From NCBI GenBank assembly GCA_963665295.1, contig OY762209.1, positions 3,040,001-3,104,000 of the forward strand: DNA of 64,000 nucleotides, written 5' to 3'. Positions 48,342 through 58,082 of the stretch are shown here, one piece after another (positions within the stretch are counted from its first letter, which is position 1; each line of letters starts with the position of its first letter). The notes beneath the pieces are model-generated. The model did no database searches. It saw nothing but the letters and a program-made list of their open reading frames with translations, and was not told the DNA's origin. Source of the stretch: Syntrophorhabdaceae bacterium. Its GTDB lineage: Bacteria > Desulfobacterota > Syntrophorhabdia > Syntrophorhabdales > Syntrophorhabdaceae. Position numbers and translations under genes: made by a program.

Positions 48342-49412
48342 ATGACGGCAACCGCGAAGAAGCGATCGGTAAAGTCGGGCCTCCCCCCAGGGAGCCTGAT
48401 ACACGTTGGCGAGGATAAGAAAAGTACCGTAAAGATCAGGATTCTCTCATTTAACGGGGAATACGTCCATGAAGACGATCGTACCGAAGTGGGAGAATGC
48501 CTCCCCCCTGAACACGGGAAGGTCATCACCTGGCTCGGCGTCGGCGGTGTCCACAGGGCCCGGGTCCTGGAGGATATAGGCGGACTGTTCCATCTTCACC
48601 CCCTCCTCCTGGAGGACGTGATGAACACGGAACAGAGACCGAAGTTCGAGGACTACGGCGACTATATTTTTATCGTGCTGAAGTACCTTGCCCTCAACGG
48701 CTCCAAGCCCGGTAAGGCGATCTCCACCGAACAGGTAAGCCTCGTCCTTGGTCCTGACTACGTCATCACCTTCGAGGAGGGAACGGGAGACATCTTCGGG
48801 CAGGTCAGGGAAAGGATCAAGAACGACAAGGGCCGCATCAGAAAGATGGACGCCGATTACCTTCTTTATACATTTATTGACACGGTGGTGGACAACTATT
48901 TCACGGTGATGGAGGGCTTGGGAGAGAGAGTGGAGGCCGTCGAGGACGCCCTGGTCGCCGGGGTGAAGGAAGCCACGTTAAGGTCCATTCACGATCTGAA
49001 GAGGGAGATGATATTTCTGAGGAGGTCCATATGGCCCCTCAGGGAAGTGGTGGGAAGCCTGGAGAGAGGCGAGACGCGCCTTGTTTCCGACCGGATATCC
49101 GTCTACCTTCGGGACCTCTATGACCACGTGGTCCAAGTCATGGACTCGGTGGAAGCGTACAGGGACATGCTGTCCGGCATGCTCGACATCTACCTTTCGA
49201 GGGTGAGCAACAAACTGAACGAAGTGATGAAGGTGCTGACCATAATTGCCACCATATTCATCCCCCTGACGTTTATCGCCGGCGTATATGGGATGAACTT
49301 CGCTTATATGCCCGAATTGAAATATCCGTGGGGCTACCCTGCTGTCCTCCTGCTCATGGGGGCGGTAACCTCCTTCATGCTCTTTTACTTCAAAAGGAAG
49401 AAATGGTTCTGA
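48342..49412 (+). CDS. corA: Magnesium/cobalt transporter CorA
   Basis: LHPLLLED, QRPK, NEVMKVLT, AGVYGMNF and MPEL. Start at ATG 48342 after GGAGG. Confidence 0.96.
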   Translation: MTATAKKRSVKSGLPPGSLIHVGEDKKSTVKIRILSFNGEYVHEDDRTEVGECLPPEHGKVITWLGVGGVHRARVLEDIGGLFHLHPLLLEDVMNTEQRPKFEDYGDYIFIVLKYLALNGSKPGKAISTEQVSLVLGPDYVITFEEGTGDIFGQVRERIKNDKGRIRKMDADYLLYTFIDTVVDNYFTVMEGLGERVEAVEDALVAGVKEATLRSIHDLKREMIFLRRSIWPLREVVGSLERGETRLVSDRISVYLRDLYDHVVQVMDSVEAYRDMLSGMLDIYLSRVSNKLNEVMKVLTIIATIFIPLTFIAGVYGMNFAYMPELKYPWGYPAVLLLMGAVTSFMLFYFKRKKWF

Positions 49413-49420
49413 CGGGGAGC

Positions 49421-50524
49421 CTAAATCTTTACCAGCATGTACGCCCTCTCGCCCAGACCGATCTTCTCGCCGTGAGTCAGCTGGACGGTCCAGTCCACGG
49501 AGGGATAAAGGGCCTGCCATTTGTCGTCCCCCGGGTAAAGCGGGTTCTTGATCGCCGTATTCGGCATGGACGCCTCATTATTTATAAGGTCGCATGACGC
49601 GGCGTCTATGGCCACGGGGTCCGTCGATGCGAGGATTCCTATATCGCGGACTATGGCGGCGTCGCTATGGGGATAGCAATCGCAGGCCGGACTTACCTGG
49701 GTGAGGAAATTAAGATAGATCGATTTCTTTTCTTTACCTTTCAAAGCGCCCCATGCATGCTCCACCATCTTTTTCTGGAATATGTCGGGCGATTCGTTCC
49801 ACTCTATCTCGATGGCCCCATGGGGACATACGATAATACATTCGCCGCACCCTATACAGGCTTCGCCGCCTATTGACGCCTTCTTCCGGGTTAAAGAGAT
49901 GGCTCCCGCAGGGCAGTATTGGAGACAGAATTTACAGCCCTTGCACGAAGCCGCGTTTATCTTCGGCGCCACGGTGCTATGCTGGACCAGCTTCCCCTCC
50001 CGGGTCGCGCAACCCATGCCCACATTCTTGAGCGCTCCTCCGAACCCTGAGATCTCGTGGCCCTTCACATGGGTCACGACGATGATACCGTCCGCGTCCA
50101 CGATCTCCTTGGCGATGCTCACCGTCTCCAGCACTTCGCCGTCTATGGGCACCTTTGCACCGTTCGCGCCCCGGAGCCCGTCCGCGATGATGAGGGGAGC
50201 ACCCGCGCATGAATAGTCAAAGCCGTTCAGTATGGCCGTGGAGAGGTGGCTTACGGAATCGCTCCGCGAACCCGTGTAAAGCGTATTGGTATCGGTAAGG
50301 AACGGTTTCCCTCCCGCCTTCCTGACCCTGTCCGCAATGGCTCTCAGATATACGGGTCTCAGGTAGGATGTGTTGCCGTATTCGCCGAAGTGGAGCTTTA
50401 TCGCCACGATATCATTAGGTTTGACTCTTGTATCGATTTTCGTCCTGTTCAGCAGGTCCACTATCTTATCGAAAATGTTTCTTTTCAACGATGTCCTTAA
50501 ATCCGTGAAGTATACCTTCGACAC
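49421..50524 (-). CDS. DUF362-domain Fe-S protein with 2x[4Fe-4S] domain
   Basis: AIKLHFGE, THVKGH, GFGGALKN, CKGCKFCLQYCP, CIGCGECIIVCP, CDC and DPVAID. Confidence 0.88.
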   Translation of the reverse strand: MSKVYFTDLRTSLKRNIFDKIVDLLNRTKIDTRVKPNDIVAIKLHFGEYGNTSYLRPVYLRAIADRVRKAGGKPFLTDTNTLYTGSRSDSVSHLSTAILNGFDYSCAGAPLIIADGLRGANGAKVPIDGEVLETVSIAKEIVDADGIIVVTHVKGHEISGFGGALKNVGMGCATREGKLVQHSTVAPKINAASCKGCKFCLQYCPAGAISLTRKKASIGGEACIGCGECIIVCPHGAIEIEWNESPDIFQKKMVEHAWGALKGKEKKSIYLNFLTQVSPACDCYPHSDAAIVRDIGILASTDPVAIDAASCDLINNEASMPNTAIKNPLYPGDDKWQALYPSVDWTVQLTHGEKIGLGERAYMLVKI

Positions 50525-50605
50525 AGTACCTCCTTTTTCCTTTGATTTGCAGGAAAATTATGTTAAGAATAATTCGGCTTTGTCAACAAAAAGGAGGTCA
50601 CCGGC

Positions 50606-51784
50606 ATGCTAAATCTTTCAGAAAAGCATTTCATGATTCAGAAGATAGCAGAGAAACTCGCGAAAGAAAAGGTTGCCCCGAGGGCAAAAGAAATAGATGC
50701 AACAGGCGCTTTTCCGTGGGATCTTGTCGACATTTACAAGAAGCAGGGGTTTCTCTACCTCATGCTGCCCGAACGCTTCGGAGGACTCGACGGCGACATT
50801 ACTTCCCTGTGTCTTGTGATTGAGGAACTGGCCAAAGTGTCCGGCACGTCCTCCCTTATCCCCCTTGCCCACAACGTGGGTCTCATGCCCTTCATGGTGG
50901 CGGCAACCGACGCACAGAAAGAATACATCTACGGCAAGATAGCCGATCCTGAAAAGATCAACCTGGTGGCTTTCGCTCTTACCGAGGCCGATGCGGGGTC
51001 TGACGCCTCCCATATGAGGACCAATGTGGTGAAGGACGGGGACAACTATTATCTGAACGGAAAGAAAGCGATGATCACCAACGGCGCGAGCGCCCAGTTC
51101 ATCACCGTCTTCGCGACCATGGACCCGAAGCTCAGAACCAACGCCATAACGGCGTTTTATGTCGAAAAAGACTATCCGGGCGTCATCATCGGGAAGAACG
51201 AAGAGAAGATGGGCATGGTCGGTTCCGACCTTTCAGAGGTTATGTTTGAAAATGTGAGGCTTACCAAGGACAACATGCTCGGCGAGGTGGGGCAGGGCTG
51301 GGATATCGCCATGTCGACCCTTAACCTCTCGAGGCCGGCCGTAGGCGCGCAGGCAGTAGGCATTGCGCAAGGGGCCCTGGATTTTTCAGTGGAATATGCA
51401 TGGAAACGGGTACAATTCGGACAGAAGCTGGCCGATTTCGAGGGAATTCAGTTTATGGTTGCAGACATGGCCACTCAGGTTGAAGCAGCCCGCGCCCTCG
51501 TGTATGATGCGGCTCACCTCCTTGATACCAAGGTATACGAGAGGGACAAGATGAGCGCAATCGGCGTGGACAAGCTTTCGGCCATGGCGAAGCTCTATTC
51601 CGCCGACGCGGCAATGAAGGTAACGACCGATGCGGTGCAGATCCTCGGCGGGTACGGGTATACCAAGGAGTACCCCGTGGAGCGGATGATGAGGGATGCC
51701 AAGGCTACCCAGATATACGAAGGAACGAACCAGATACAGAGGATCGTCATAGCAAGGGATATATTCAGAAAGTTCATGGGCTGA
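50606..51784 (+). CDS. Acyl-CoA dehydrogenase
   Basis: FALTEADAGSD, LNGKKAMITNG, RVQFG, QILGGYGY and QIYEGTNQIQR. Confidence 0.95.
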   Translation: MLNLSEKHFMIQKIAEKLAKEKVAPRAKEIDATGAFPWDLVDIYKKQGFLYLMLPERFGGLDGDITSLCLVIEELAKVSGTSSLIPLAHNVGLMPFMVAATDAQKEYIYGKIADPEKINLVAFALTEADAGSDASHMRTNVVKDGDNYYLNGKKAMITNGASAQFITVFATMDPKLRTNAITAFYVEKDYPGVIIGKNEEKMGMVGSDLSEVMFENVRLTKDNMLGEVGQGWDIAMSTLNLSRPAVGAQAVGIAQGALDFSVEYAWKRVQFGQKLADFEGIQFMVADMATQVEAARALVYDAAHLLDTKVYERDKMSAIGVDKLSAMAKLYSADAAMKVTTDAVQILGGYGYTKEYPVERMMRDAKATQIYEGTNQIQRIVIARDIFRKFMG

Positions 51785-51839
51785 TACCCGGACGGGTAAG
51801 TCCGTATTCAGGAAAAAGGCTTACGGGAGGGGTTCCCCT

Positions 51840-52235
51840 TTACGACTGAGACAGGTTGCCCGTGAGCTTTTCTCTGAAGGGTTCGGGGATTCTTTTCGGC
51901 TTGCCTCTCCCATCGACACATACCATCTTTGTTTCGCCTTTCGTGGTGATCGTACTCTCCCTTGAAATGATGTGGGTCAGGACGAAATATGAGTTTTTGA
52001 CTTCTTTCACGGAAGTCACGACATGGATCACATCCCCGTACCGGACCTTGTCAATAAGGTCGAGGAATGCGCTCTTCACCATTATGTAAGTGTCCGATTC
52101 TTCCCACCCGGGCAGCGATACCCCTATGGACATAAGGTACTCGAACCATGATTTTTCAAAAAACCGGAGATAGTTTCCGTAGTAGACGACGCCGCCCGCG
52201 TCGGTATCCTGATAATAGATCCTTGTGGAGTACAT
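51840..52235 (-). CDS. YbgC-like acyl-CoA thioesterase
   Basis: RIYYQDTDAGGVVYYGNYLRFFE hot-dog-fold motif. Start likely at ATG 52235. Confidence 0.88.
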   Translation of the reverse strand: MYSTRIYYQDTDAGGVVYYGNYLRFFEKSWFEYLMSIGVSLPGWEESDTYIMVKSAFLDLIDKVRYGDVIHVVTSVKEVKNSYFVLTHIISRESTITTKGETKMVCVDGRGKPKRIPEPFREKLTGNLSQS

Positions 52236-52494
52236 CGGTCTTTCATACCACGTAATCCCTGACGGGTCAATATCCTTGATCGTCAGTACCGGAGGCTTCC
52301 CGGGCCGGGCCATACCGTTTCAGGGGGCACAAACCGGTATTTCTTCGCGCCGCAACGAATGGACTTGATATTTTTCTTGCCCTGTCTTATTGTACAAAAG
52401 CGGTAACCCTGTGGGTGTTCAGGCACGACGTTTTCTGCCGGCAGAACGTTATCGCATTTACCGGAATCAAGTGCTCAATACTAAGGAGGTACAT

Positions 52495-53712
52495 ATGAGA
52501 GCGGTCGAGATAAAGCAGGATATCTATTGGGTTGGCGCGATCGATTGGGGTGTGAGGGATTTTCACGGATACATCACGCCTAACGGAACTACATATAACA
52601 ACTACCTCATCAAGGATGAGCATGTTACCCTCCTCGACTGCGTGAAGGAAGAGTTCGTGGAGGAGACTGTCGAGAATATCAAGAACATTGTGGACATGAA
52701 GGGGGTCGTGAATCTCGTGATCAACCACATCGAGCCCGATCACGCGGGCAGCGTGGATGCCATGATGAAACTCATCCCTGATGCGACGATTTACATCACC
52801 GAAAGAGGCAAGAAGGGTCTGGAAAGGCATTTCGATACTTCGACGTGGAAGTTCAAGGTGGTAAAGAGCGGCGATACGCTGAACACAGGCAAATATACCC
52901 TGACCTTTCTTGAAACCCCCATGCTCCACTGGCCGGACTCTATGGTTACCTACATAAAGGAGGCCAAGCTCCTTATCTCACAGGACGCCTTCGGGCAGCA
53001 TATCGCGACATCGTCGCGCTTTGACGACGAATTTGTCGGATGCGCCTCCATGTCCGAGCTTGAGGAATCCGTGAAAGACTACTATGCGAACATCCTTATG
53101 CCTTTTGGTCAACTGATAAAGTCGAAAATTGCGGAAATCGTAAAGGCGGGCCTTGAGATCGACATGATTGCCCCTGACCACGGGATTATCTGGCGGAAGG
53201 ACCCGGGAAAAGTGATCCAGATGTATCTGGACATGGCCAACGGTAAAGCCGACCTCAGGGTAGTGATCATTTATGATACCATGTGGCATAGCACGGAACG
53301 CATGACCGTTCCCATGATGCAGGGTATCAAGGATGCGGGCGTGGATTGCAAGGTGATAAAATTGAGGGCCACACCCATGAGCACGGCAATCAAGGAATTG
53401 TGGAAGGCCCGGGGCTGTCTCATAGGAACGCCGACGATCAACAACGTCATGTTCCCGTCGGTGGCTGAACTTCTCTATCATCTTGGAGGATTGCGACCCA
53501 AGAACAGGATAATGGGCGCTTTCGGAAGCTACGGGTGGGGCGGAGGAGCGGTCAAGGAGGCCTATGAGGCTGTAAAACGTATGGGGATCGAAACTGTGGA
53601 GCCCGGACTGCAGGTGTTGTTCAGACCTTCTTCCGATGACGATGCGGGCTGTTATGAATACGGAAGGGAGTTCGCGGCGAAAGTGAAAGAGTACCATAAA
53701 AAATTCGAGTAG
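52495..53712 (+). CDS. fprA: Flavodiiron protein (FprA/ROO)
   Basis: [35 protein letters not shown] and the flavodoxin motif AFGSYGW. Start at ATG 52495 after AGGAGG. Confidence 0.95.
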   Translation: MRAVEIKQDIYWVGAIDWGVRDFHGYITPNGTTYNNYLIKDEHVTLLDCVKEEFVEETVENIKNIVDMKGVVNLVINHIEPDHAGSVDAMMKLIPDATIYITERGKKGLERHFDTSTWKFKVVKSGDTLNTGKYTLTFLETPMLHWPDSMVTYIKEAKLLISQDAFGQHIATSSRFDDEFVGCASMSELEESVKDYYANILMPFGQLIKSKIAEIVKAGLEIDMIAPDHGIIWRKDPGKVIQMYLDMANGKADLRVVIIYDTMWHSTERMTVPMMQGIKDAGVDCKVIKLRATPMSTAIKELWKARGCLIGTPTINNVMFPSVAELLYHLGGLRPKNRIMGAFGSYGWGGGAVKEAYEAVKRMGIETVEPGLQVLFRPSSDDDAGCYEYGREFAAKVKEYHKKFE

Positions 53713-53722
53713 GAGGGACGTC

Positions 53723-53854
53723 ATGTGGACATGCACGATTTGCGGTTATCAGTACGACGAAGCCAAAGAAGGCACGAAGTTTGAAGACCTTCCGGAGGAT
53801 TGGACGTGTCCGATATGCGGTGCGCCCAAGGACGCCTTCGAAAAGGCGAAATGA
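53723..53854 (+). CDS. rub: Rubredoxin (43 aa, below the ORF-track cutoff)
   Basis: Hand translation [43 protein letters not shown], with an AGGAGG SD. Confidence 0.95.
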   Translation: MWTCTICGYQYDEAKEGTKFEDLPEDWTCPICGAPKDAFEKAK

Positions 53855-53899
53855 GGAAAGTTTTTTCACGCTTCAGCAAAATACTTTTGGAGGGGAACC

Positions 53900-54394
53900 A
53901 TGTCAAAAACAGAGAGTAATCTTAAGGAAGCGTTTGCCGGCGAGTCCCAGGCAAACCGGAAGTATCTGGCCTTTGCAAAGAAAGCGGATGATGAAGGTTA
54001 CCCGCAGGTTGCGAAACTTTTCAGGGCTGCCGCAGAGGCGGAGACCGTTCACGCCCACAATCACCTGAGAGAACTGAAGGGCATCCTGAGCACCAAGGAG
54101 AACCTTGAGGAGGCGATCAGCGGCGAATCCTTTGAATTCCAGAAAATGTATCCCGCAATGATAGAAGAAGCCAAGGCGGAAGGCATTAAAGGCGCTGAGC
54201 GGAGCTTTACCATTGCGAATGAGGTTGAGAAGGTTCACGCGGCGCTTTACAAGAAGGCCCTTGACGCACTCGGAAAGAACGAGGACCACGACTATTATAT
54301 CTGCAAGGTCTGCGGCTATACCGCGGAAGGGGAGGCTCCCGATGTCTGCCCTGTCTGCGGGGCAAAGAAGATGGCCTTTTACAAAGTCGAGTAA
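53900..54394 (+). CDS. rbr: Rubrerythrin
   Basis: AFAGESQA, ETVHA, EKVH and C-terminal CKVCGY..CPVCG. Confidence 0.95.
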   Translation: MSKTESNLKEAFAGESQANRKYLAFAKKADDEGYPQVAKLFRAAAEAETVHAHNHLRELKGILSTKENLEEAISGESFEFQKMYPAMIEEAKAEGIKGAERSFTIANEVEKVHAALYKKALDALGKNEDHDYYICKVCGYTAEGEAPDVCPVCGAKKMAFYKVE

Positions 54395-54429
54395 ATGACC
54401 CGCGTCACGAGAAGTAAGGAGTTTTCCGG

Positions 54430-55005
54430 TTGAATGTGACCGCCTTTCATGCAAGTCCGAGGCTTCAGGGGAACACGGATCTCCTTCTGGCGGAGACCCT
54501 GAGGGCGATAGACCCTTCAGCGCACAGGGTGCGGCTGTTCAGGCTCAATGCCATGGACATCAGGCCGTGTCAGAACTGCGGAGGCTGCGAGGAAACAGGA
54601 ATCTGTGTCATGAAGGACGGGATGGCGGATATATATGAAAGCATCCGGGAGGCGGACAGAATCGTTCTCGCCTCCCCTGTATTCTTTTTTGGCCTGGCCG
54701 CCCAGGCCAAGATCATGATTGACAGATGCCAGGCATTCTGGTGCGGGAAGTATCTCCTGAAGCGGGGGATACCCGCGGGACCATATGGGAGAAAAGGGTT
54801 GCTCCTTCTCGTGGGGGGCATGAAAAAGGAAACCGGAGTTGAATGCAGCAATGCCACGGCAACGGCGTTCTTCCGGACCATAAGCGTTCCGGAACATAAG
54901 GTGCTCTCCTACCTGGGTGTGGACGCAAAGGGCGCCATACTCGATCATTCGACGGCACTGGCCGACGCGTATAACGCCGGAGAAAGGCTGGTTACCCTGG
55001 GGTAA
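54430..55005 (+). CDS. Iron-sulfur flavoprotein / flavodoxin-fold FMN reductase
   Basis: ASPR..GNT, CQNCGGCEETGIC and LASPVFF. Confidence 0.88.
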   Translation: MNVTAFHASPRLQGNTDLLLAETLRAIDPSAHRVRLFRLNAMDIRPCQNCGGCEETGICVMKDGMADIYESIREADRIVLASPVFFFGLAAQAKIMIDRCQAFWCGKYLLKRGIPAGPYGRKGLLLLVGGMKKETGVECSNATATAFFRTISVPEHKVLSYLGVDAKGAILDHSTALADAYNAGERLVTLG

Positions 55006-55163
55006 ATATCCGTTGTCGCCGGGCAGGTGGGCCTTCACGCCCGGTTTGTCGCATGCTTCCATTTGACACCCGCCTGCGAAGCATAGTAAGAATAAGCATT
55101 GTGCGGGAATCTTGTATCACGTCCCTGACTAAATACTACACCGGAAAGAAGGCATAAGAAAGA

Positions 55164-57410
55164 ATGGATGAAGGGCCTCTGCCCATAACAGACCTTGAGG
55201 AAGGGGAAGAAGGAATAGTCTATCATCTGTCCGGCGGAAAAAGCCTCATGAGCAGGTTTGCCGGTATGGGGATAGCCCCCGGAACAAGGATAAAGGTACT
55301 GAGAAACAGGGGCAGGATGGTCATCGTCTACGCTTCCGACACAAGAGTGGCTCTTGGAAGGCGGCAGGCTGCCGATATCGAGGTGATCAGAGCGGAGTTC
55401 GCGGAAGAGAAGAGGCCCGAGGAAAAGGCACGGGAGACCTTCCTTATCGCCCTTGCGGGGCAGCCGAATGTGGGGAAATCTACCATATTCAATGTGCTCA
55501 CCGGTCTGTCCCAGCACATCGGCAATTGGCCGGGAAAAACGGTCGAGAGGAAAGAGGGCGTCTACACCACGGACCATGCGGAGATCAAGATTGTAGATCT
55601 TCCCGGCACGTACAGTCTGAGCGCCTTCTCCGAAGAGGAGAGGGTGGCGAGGGATTTTGTCATACATGAGCACCCCGACGCGATCATCCTTCTCGCAAAT
55701 GCATCGGTCCTTGAGCGAAGCCTCTATCTCCTCTCCGAGTTGCTCCTTCTCGGCCCTCCCATCATAGTGGGGGTCAATATGACGGATGTCGCGGAAAACC
55801 AAGGGATATTTATCGATATCCAGGCTCTCCGCACGGCCCTTGGGGTACCCGTGGTCGAATTGACCGCTACCAGGAACAGGGGGATAAAGGAACTCATATC
55901 CGATGCCATAAAGCTCGCGAAGGGCGAACTTTCCTACGACCCGAGAATGCCCGATGTGTCTGAAGACCACAAAGCCATATTTCACAGCCTGGTCGATCTG
56001 GTGGATGAATATGTCTCTCCCCCTCTTACCGATAATTGGGTGGCCACGAAGCTGATGGAAGGCGATCCGGAAATATCACGGGTGATCGAGGAACTGGTCC
56101 CGGTAACCGTGTGGAATGAGATTATGGCGCTTCTTATCAAACACGAGGACGCGCTCCGCGCGGTAGTAGGGGGACGCTACGACTGGATAGAAGAGGTGAC
56201 AAGGGCTACCATATCACGGTTCAAGAGAGGACAGGTGTTGATCACCGATCGGATCGACCACCTTCTCACCCGTCCCGTCATAGGTATACCGGTTCTCCTG
56301 GGGATACTGGGTATCATCTTCACCGCCACCTTCGAGGTTGGATTTCCGGCCCAGAAAGGTTTGGAATATCTGATAAGCGCAATCGGGCAATGGATTGACG
56401 GGTCCTTTTCTTTCGCTCCCCACTGGATCAGGGGCCTTCTGGTAAATGGGATAATAGGGGGCGTGGGGTCTATCCTCACCTTTGTCCCTTTGCTGGTGAT
56501 ATTCTTTACTGCCATGGCCTTTCTCGAGGATGTGGGGTACATGGCCCGTGCGGCCTTTGTGATGGACCGTTTTATGCACATCATCGGTCTCCACGGCAAG
56601 AGCTTCCTGCCCATGTGCCTGGGATTCGGCTGTAATGTCCCCTCGGTCATGGGGGCTCGAATCGTGGAATCACAGAAAGCGAGGCTCCTCACCATTTTCC
56701 TTACCCCTTTTGTGCCCTGTACGGGACGGCTTGCGGCAATGACGTTCATTTCCGCCGCCATCTTCGGAAATAAGGCCCTTACCGTGTCCTGGTCCCTGGT
56801 CGCCCTCAATATATTCGCCCTCGGCATAGCCGGCCTGATCATCGGAAGGGTATTTCTCAGGGGAGAGCCGGTTCCTTTCATAATGGAACTGCCCCTCTAT
56901 CACCGGCCGGACCTGAAAACCATAGGGATGGTGGTATGGAGCAGAACTACGGCTTTCATCAGGAAGGCGGGTACGGTGATACTCATCTTCTCGCTCGTGA
57001 TCTGGTGTCTTTCCAATATCCCCACGGGAAGGATAGAAACGAGCATCCTTGCATGGATCGGGCATAAGGTCGAATTTCTGGGTGCGCCCATGGGGTTTGA
57101 CTGGAAGATGATGGTAGCCCTGCTATCGAGTATTGTGGCCAAGGAAAATGCCATTGCGAGCCTTGGGATACTCTATAACGTGGGCGAACAGGGACTTCGG
57201 GTTGTCCTCCCCACGGTAATCAGCCATTCCTCTGCCCTGGCGTTTCTCGTGGTACTGATGATCTTCATCCCCTGTGTGCCTACCATAACCGTGATGAAAC
57301 AGGAGATGGAGAGCTGGAAATGGTTCATCCTATCCATAGTCTTTATGCTTCTGCTCTCTCTTACCGGCGGGGTAGCGGCCTTCCACATGGCTGCCTGGTT
57401 AGGGCTTTAA
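55164..57410 (+). CDS. feoB: FeoA-FeoB fusion ferrous iron transporter
   Basis: N-terminal FeoA (MGIAPGTRIKV, RVALG), then GQPNVGKS, GNWPGKTVE, DLPGTY, GYMARAAF, GFGCNVP and FIMELP. Confidence 0.95.
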   Translation: MDEGPLPITDLEEGEEGIVYHLSGGKSLMSRFAGMGIAPGTRIKVLRNRGRMVIVYASDTRVALGRRQAADIEVIRAEFAEEKRPEEKARETFLIALAGQPNVGKSTIFNVLTGLSQHIGNWPGKTVERKEGVYTTDHAEIKIVDLPGTYSLSAFSEEERVARDFVIHEHPDAIILLANASVLERSLYLLSELLLLGPPIIVGVNMTDVAENQGIFIDIQALRTALGVPVVELTATRNRGIKELISDAIKLAKGELSYDPRMPDVSEDHKAIFHSLVDLVDEYVSPPLTDNWVATKLMEGDPEISRVIEELVPVTVWNEIMALLIKHEDALRAVVGGRYDWIEEVTRATISRFKRGQVLITDRIDHLLTRPVIGIPVLLGILGIIFTATFEVGFPAQKGLEYLISAIGQWIDGSFSFAPHWIRGLLVNGIIGGVGSILTFVPLLVIFFTAMAFLEDVGYMARAAFVMDRFMHIIGLHGKSFLPMCLGFGCNVPSVMGARIVESQKARLLTIFLTPFVPCTGRLAAMTFISAAIFGNKALTVSWSLVALNIFALGIAGLIIGRVFLRGEPVPFIMELPLYHRPDLKTIGMVVWSRTTAFIRKAGTVILIFSLVIWCLSNIPTGRIETSILAWIGHKVEFLGAPMGFDWKMMVALLSSIVAKENAIASLGILYNVGEQGLRVVLPTVISHSSALAFLVVLMIFIPCVPTITVMKQEMESWKWFILSIVFMLLLSLTGGVAAFHMAAWLGL

Positions 57411-57430
57411 CCGCCTCCGGCGGTTACCTG

Positions 57431-57488
57431 TTGACATGGAAGCGCAGGTAATATAAGCTGAACATACATTCACATGAACAGACGTTCA
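57431..57488 (+). promoter_or_regulatory. Sigma70 promoter and tandem TetR-type operators of the tetR gene
   Basis: TTGACA (57431-57436), 17 nt, TAAGCT (57454-57459). Palindromes TGAACATACATTCA (57459-57472) and TGAACAGACGTTCA (57475-57488). Confidence 0.65.
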
Positions 57489-58079
57489 GGCAAGGACTCA
57501 AGAAAAAAGATACTCGACGCCGCGTTTGTCGTATTCTCGGAACACGGATACGAGAAGACGAGCATGAGGATGATCGCGGCCGGCGCCGGCCTGAGTGTCG
57601 GCGGTCTTTACCTTTACTTTGAAAATAAGGAGACCCTTTATTCCACGCTCATGGAACGGGTACTGGAAGACCTTTCCAGAGACACGGAGGAGAGGGTAAA
57701 GGAAATCTCCGATCCCGTAAGTGCCTTCAATGCCTTTATCGATATACGGCTTGCCTATGCGGCCAGGAACAAGGAACTGATAATCACCAACAGCAGGGAG
57801 CCGAAACTTGCCCTGGGGGCGGAGATCAGGAAGAGGTTTTTTGAGCGGCAGAGACGGCTTGTTGAGTTGATAGTGAGCAAGGGCATAGAATCCGGTGACT
57901 TCGCGGAATGCGACCCTGCAGAGGCGGCGAAGGTCATAACCTCCGTATTGAGGGGCTATGTGTTTTCTCTTGTTATAGACCAGGACAATCTCTTCTCTCC
58001 GGAGGAGTGCCGCCGTGTGATGCTTAACGGGCTTCTGGCGCGGCAGGGTGGATCGGGGCGGACCGTTACCGGTGTGTGA
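57474..58079 (+). CDS. TetR-family transcriptional regulator
   Basis: ILDAA..F.EHGY..TSMRMIA..AGLSVGGLYLYFENKE HTH. Confidence 0.94.
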   Translation: MNRRSGKDSRKKILDAAFVVFSEHGYEKTSMRMIAAGAGLSVGGLYLYFENKETLYSTLMERVLEDLSRDTEERVKEISDPVSAFNAFIDIRLAYAARNKELIITNSREPKLALGAEIRKRFFERQRRLVELIVSKGIESGDFAECDPAEAAKVITSVLRGYVFSLVIDQDNLFSPEECRRVMLNGLLARQGGSGRTVTGV

Positions 58080-58082
58080 CCC

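Noticed and set aside
50606..51784. Assigning the acyl-CoA dehydrogenase to cyclohexene-carboxyl-CoA metabolism
   Set aside because: It keeps the ordinary YEGT catalytic Glu motif and has no supporting neighbours, so the substrate cannot be read from sequence.
55085..55103. Possible Fur box upstream of feoAB
   Set aside because: Only about 12/19 match to the consensus, too weak without a species-specific matrix.
57408..57426. Hairpin TAACCGCC-TCC-GGCGGTTA after feoB as an intrinsic terminator
   Set aside because: Perfect 8-bp stem but no U-tract.
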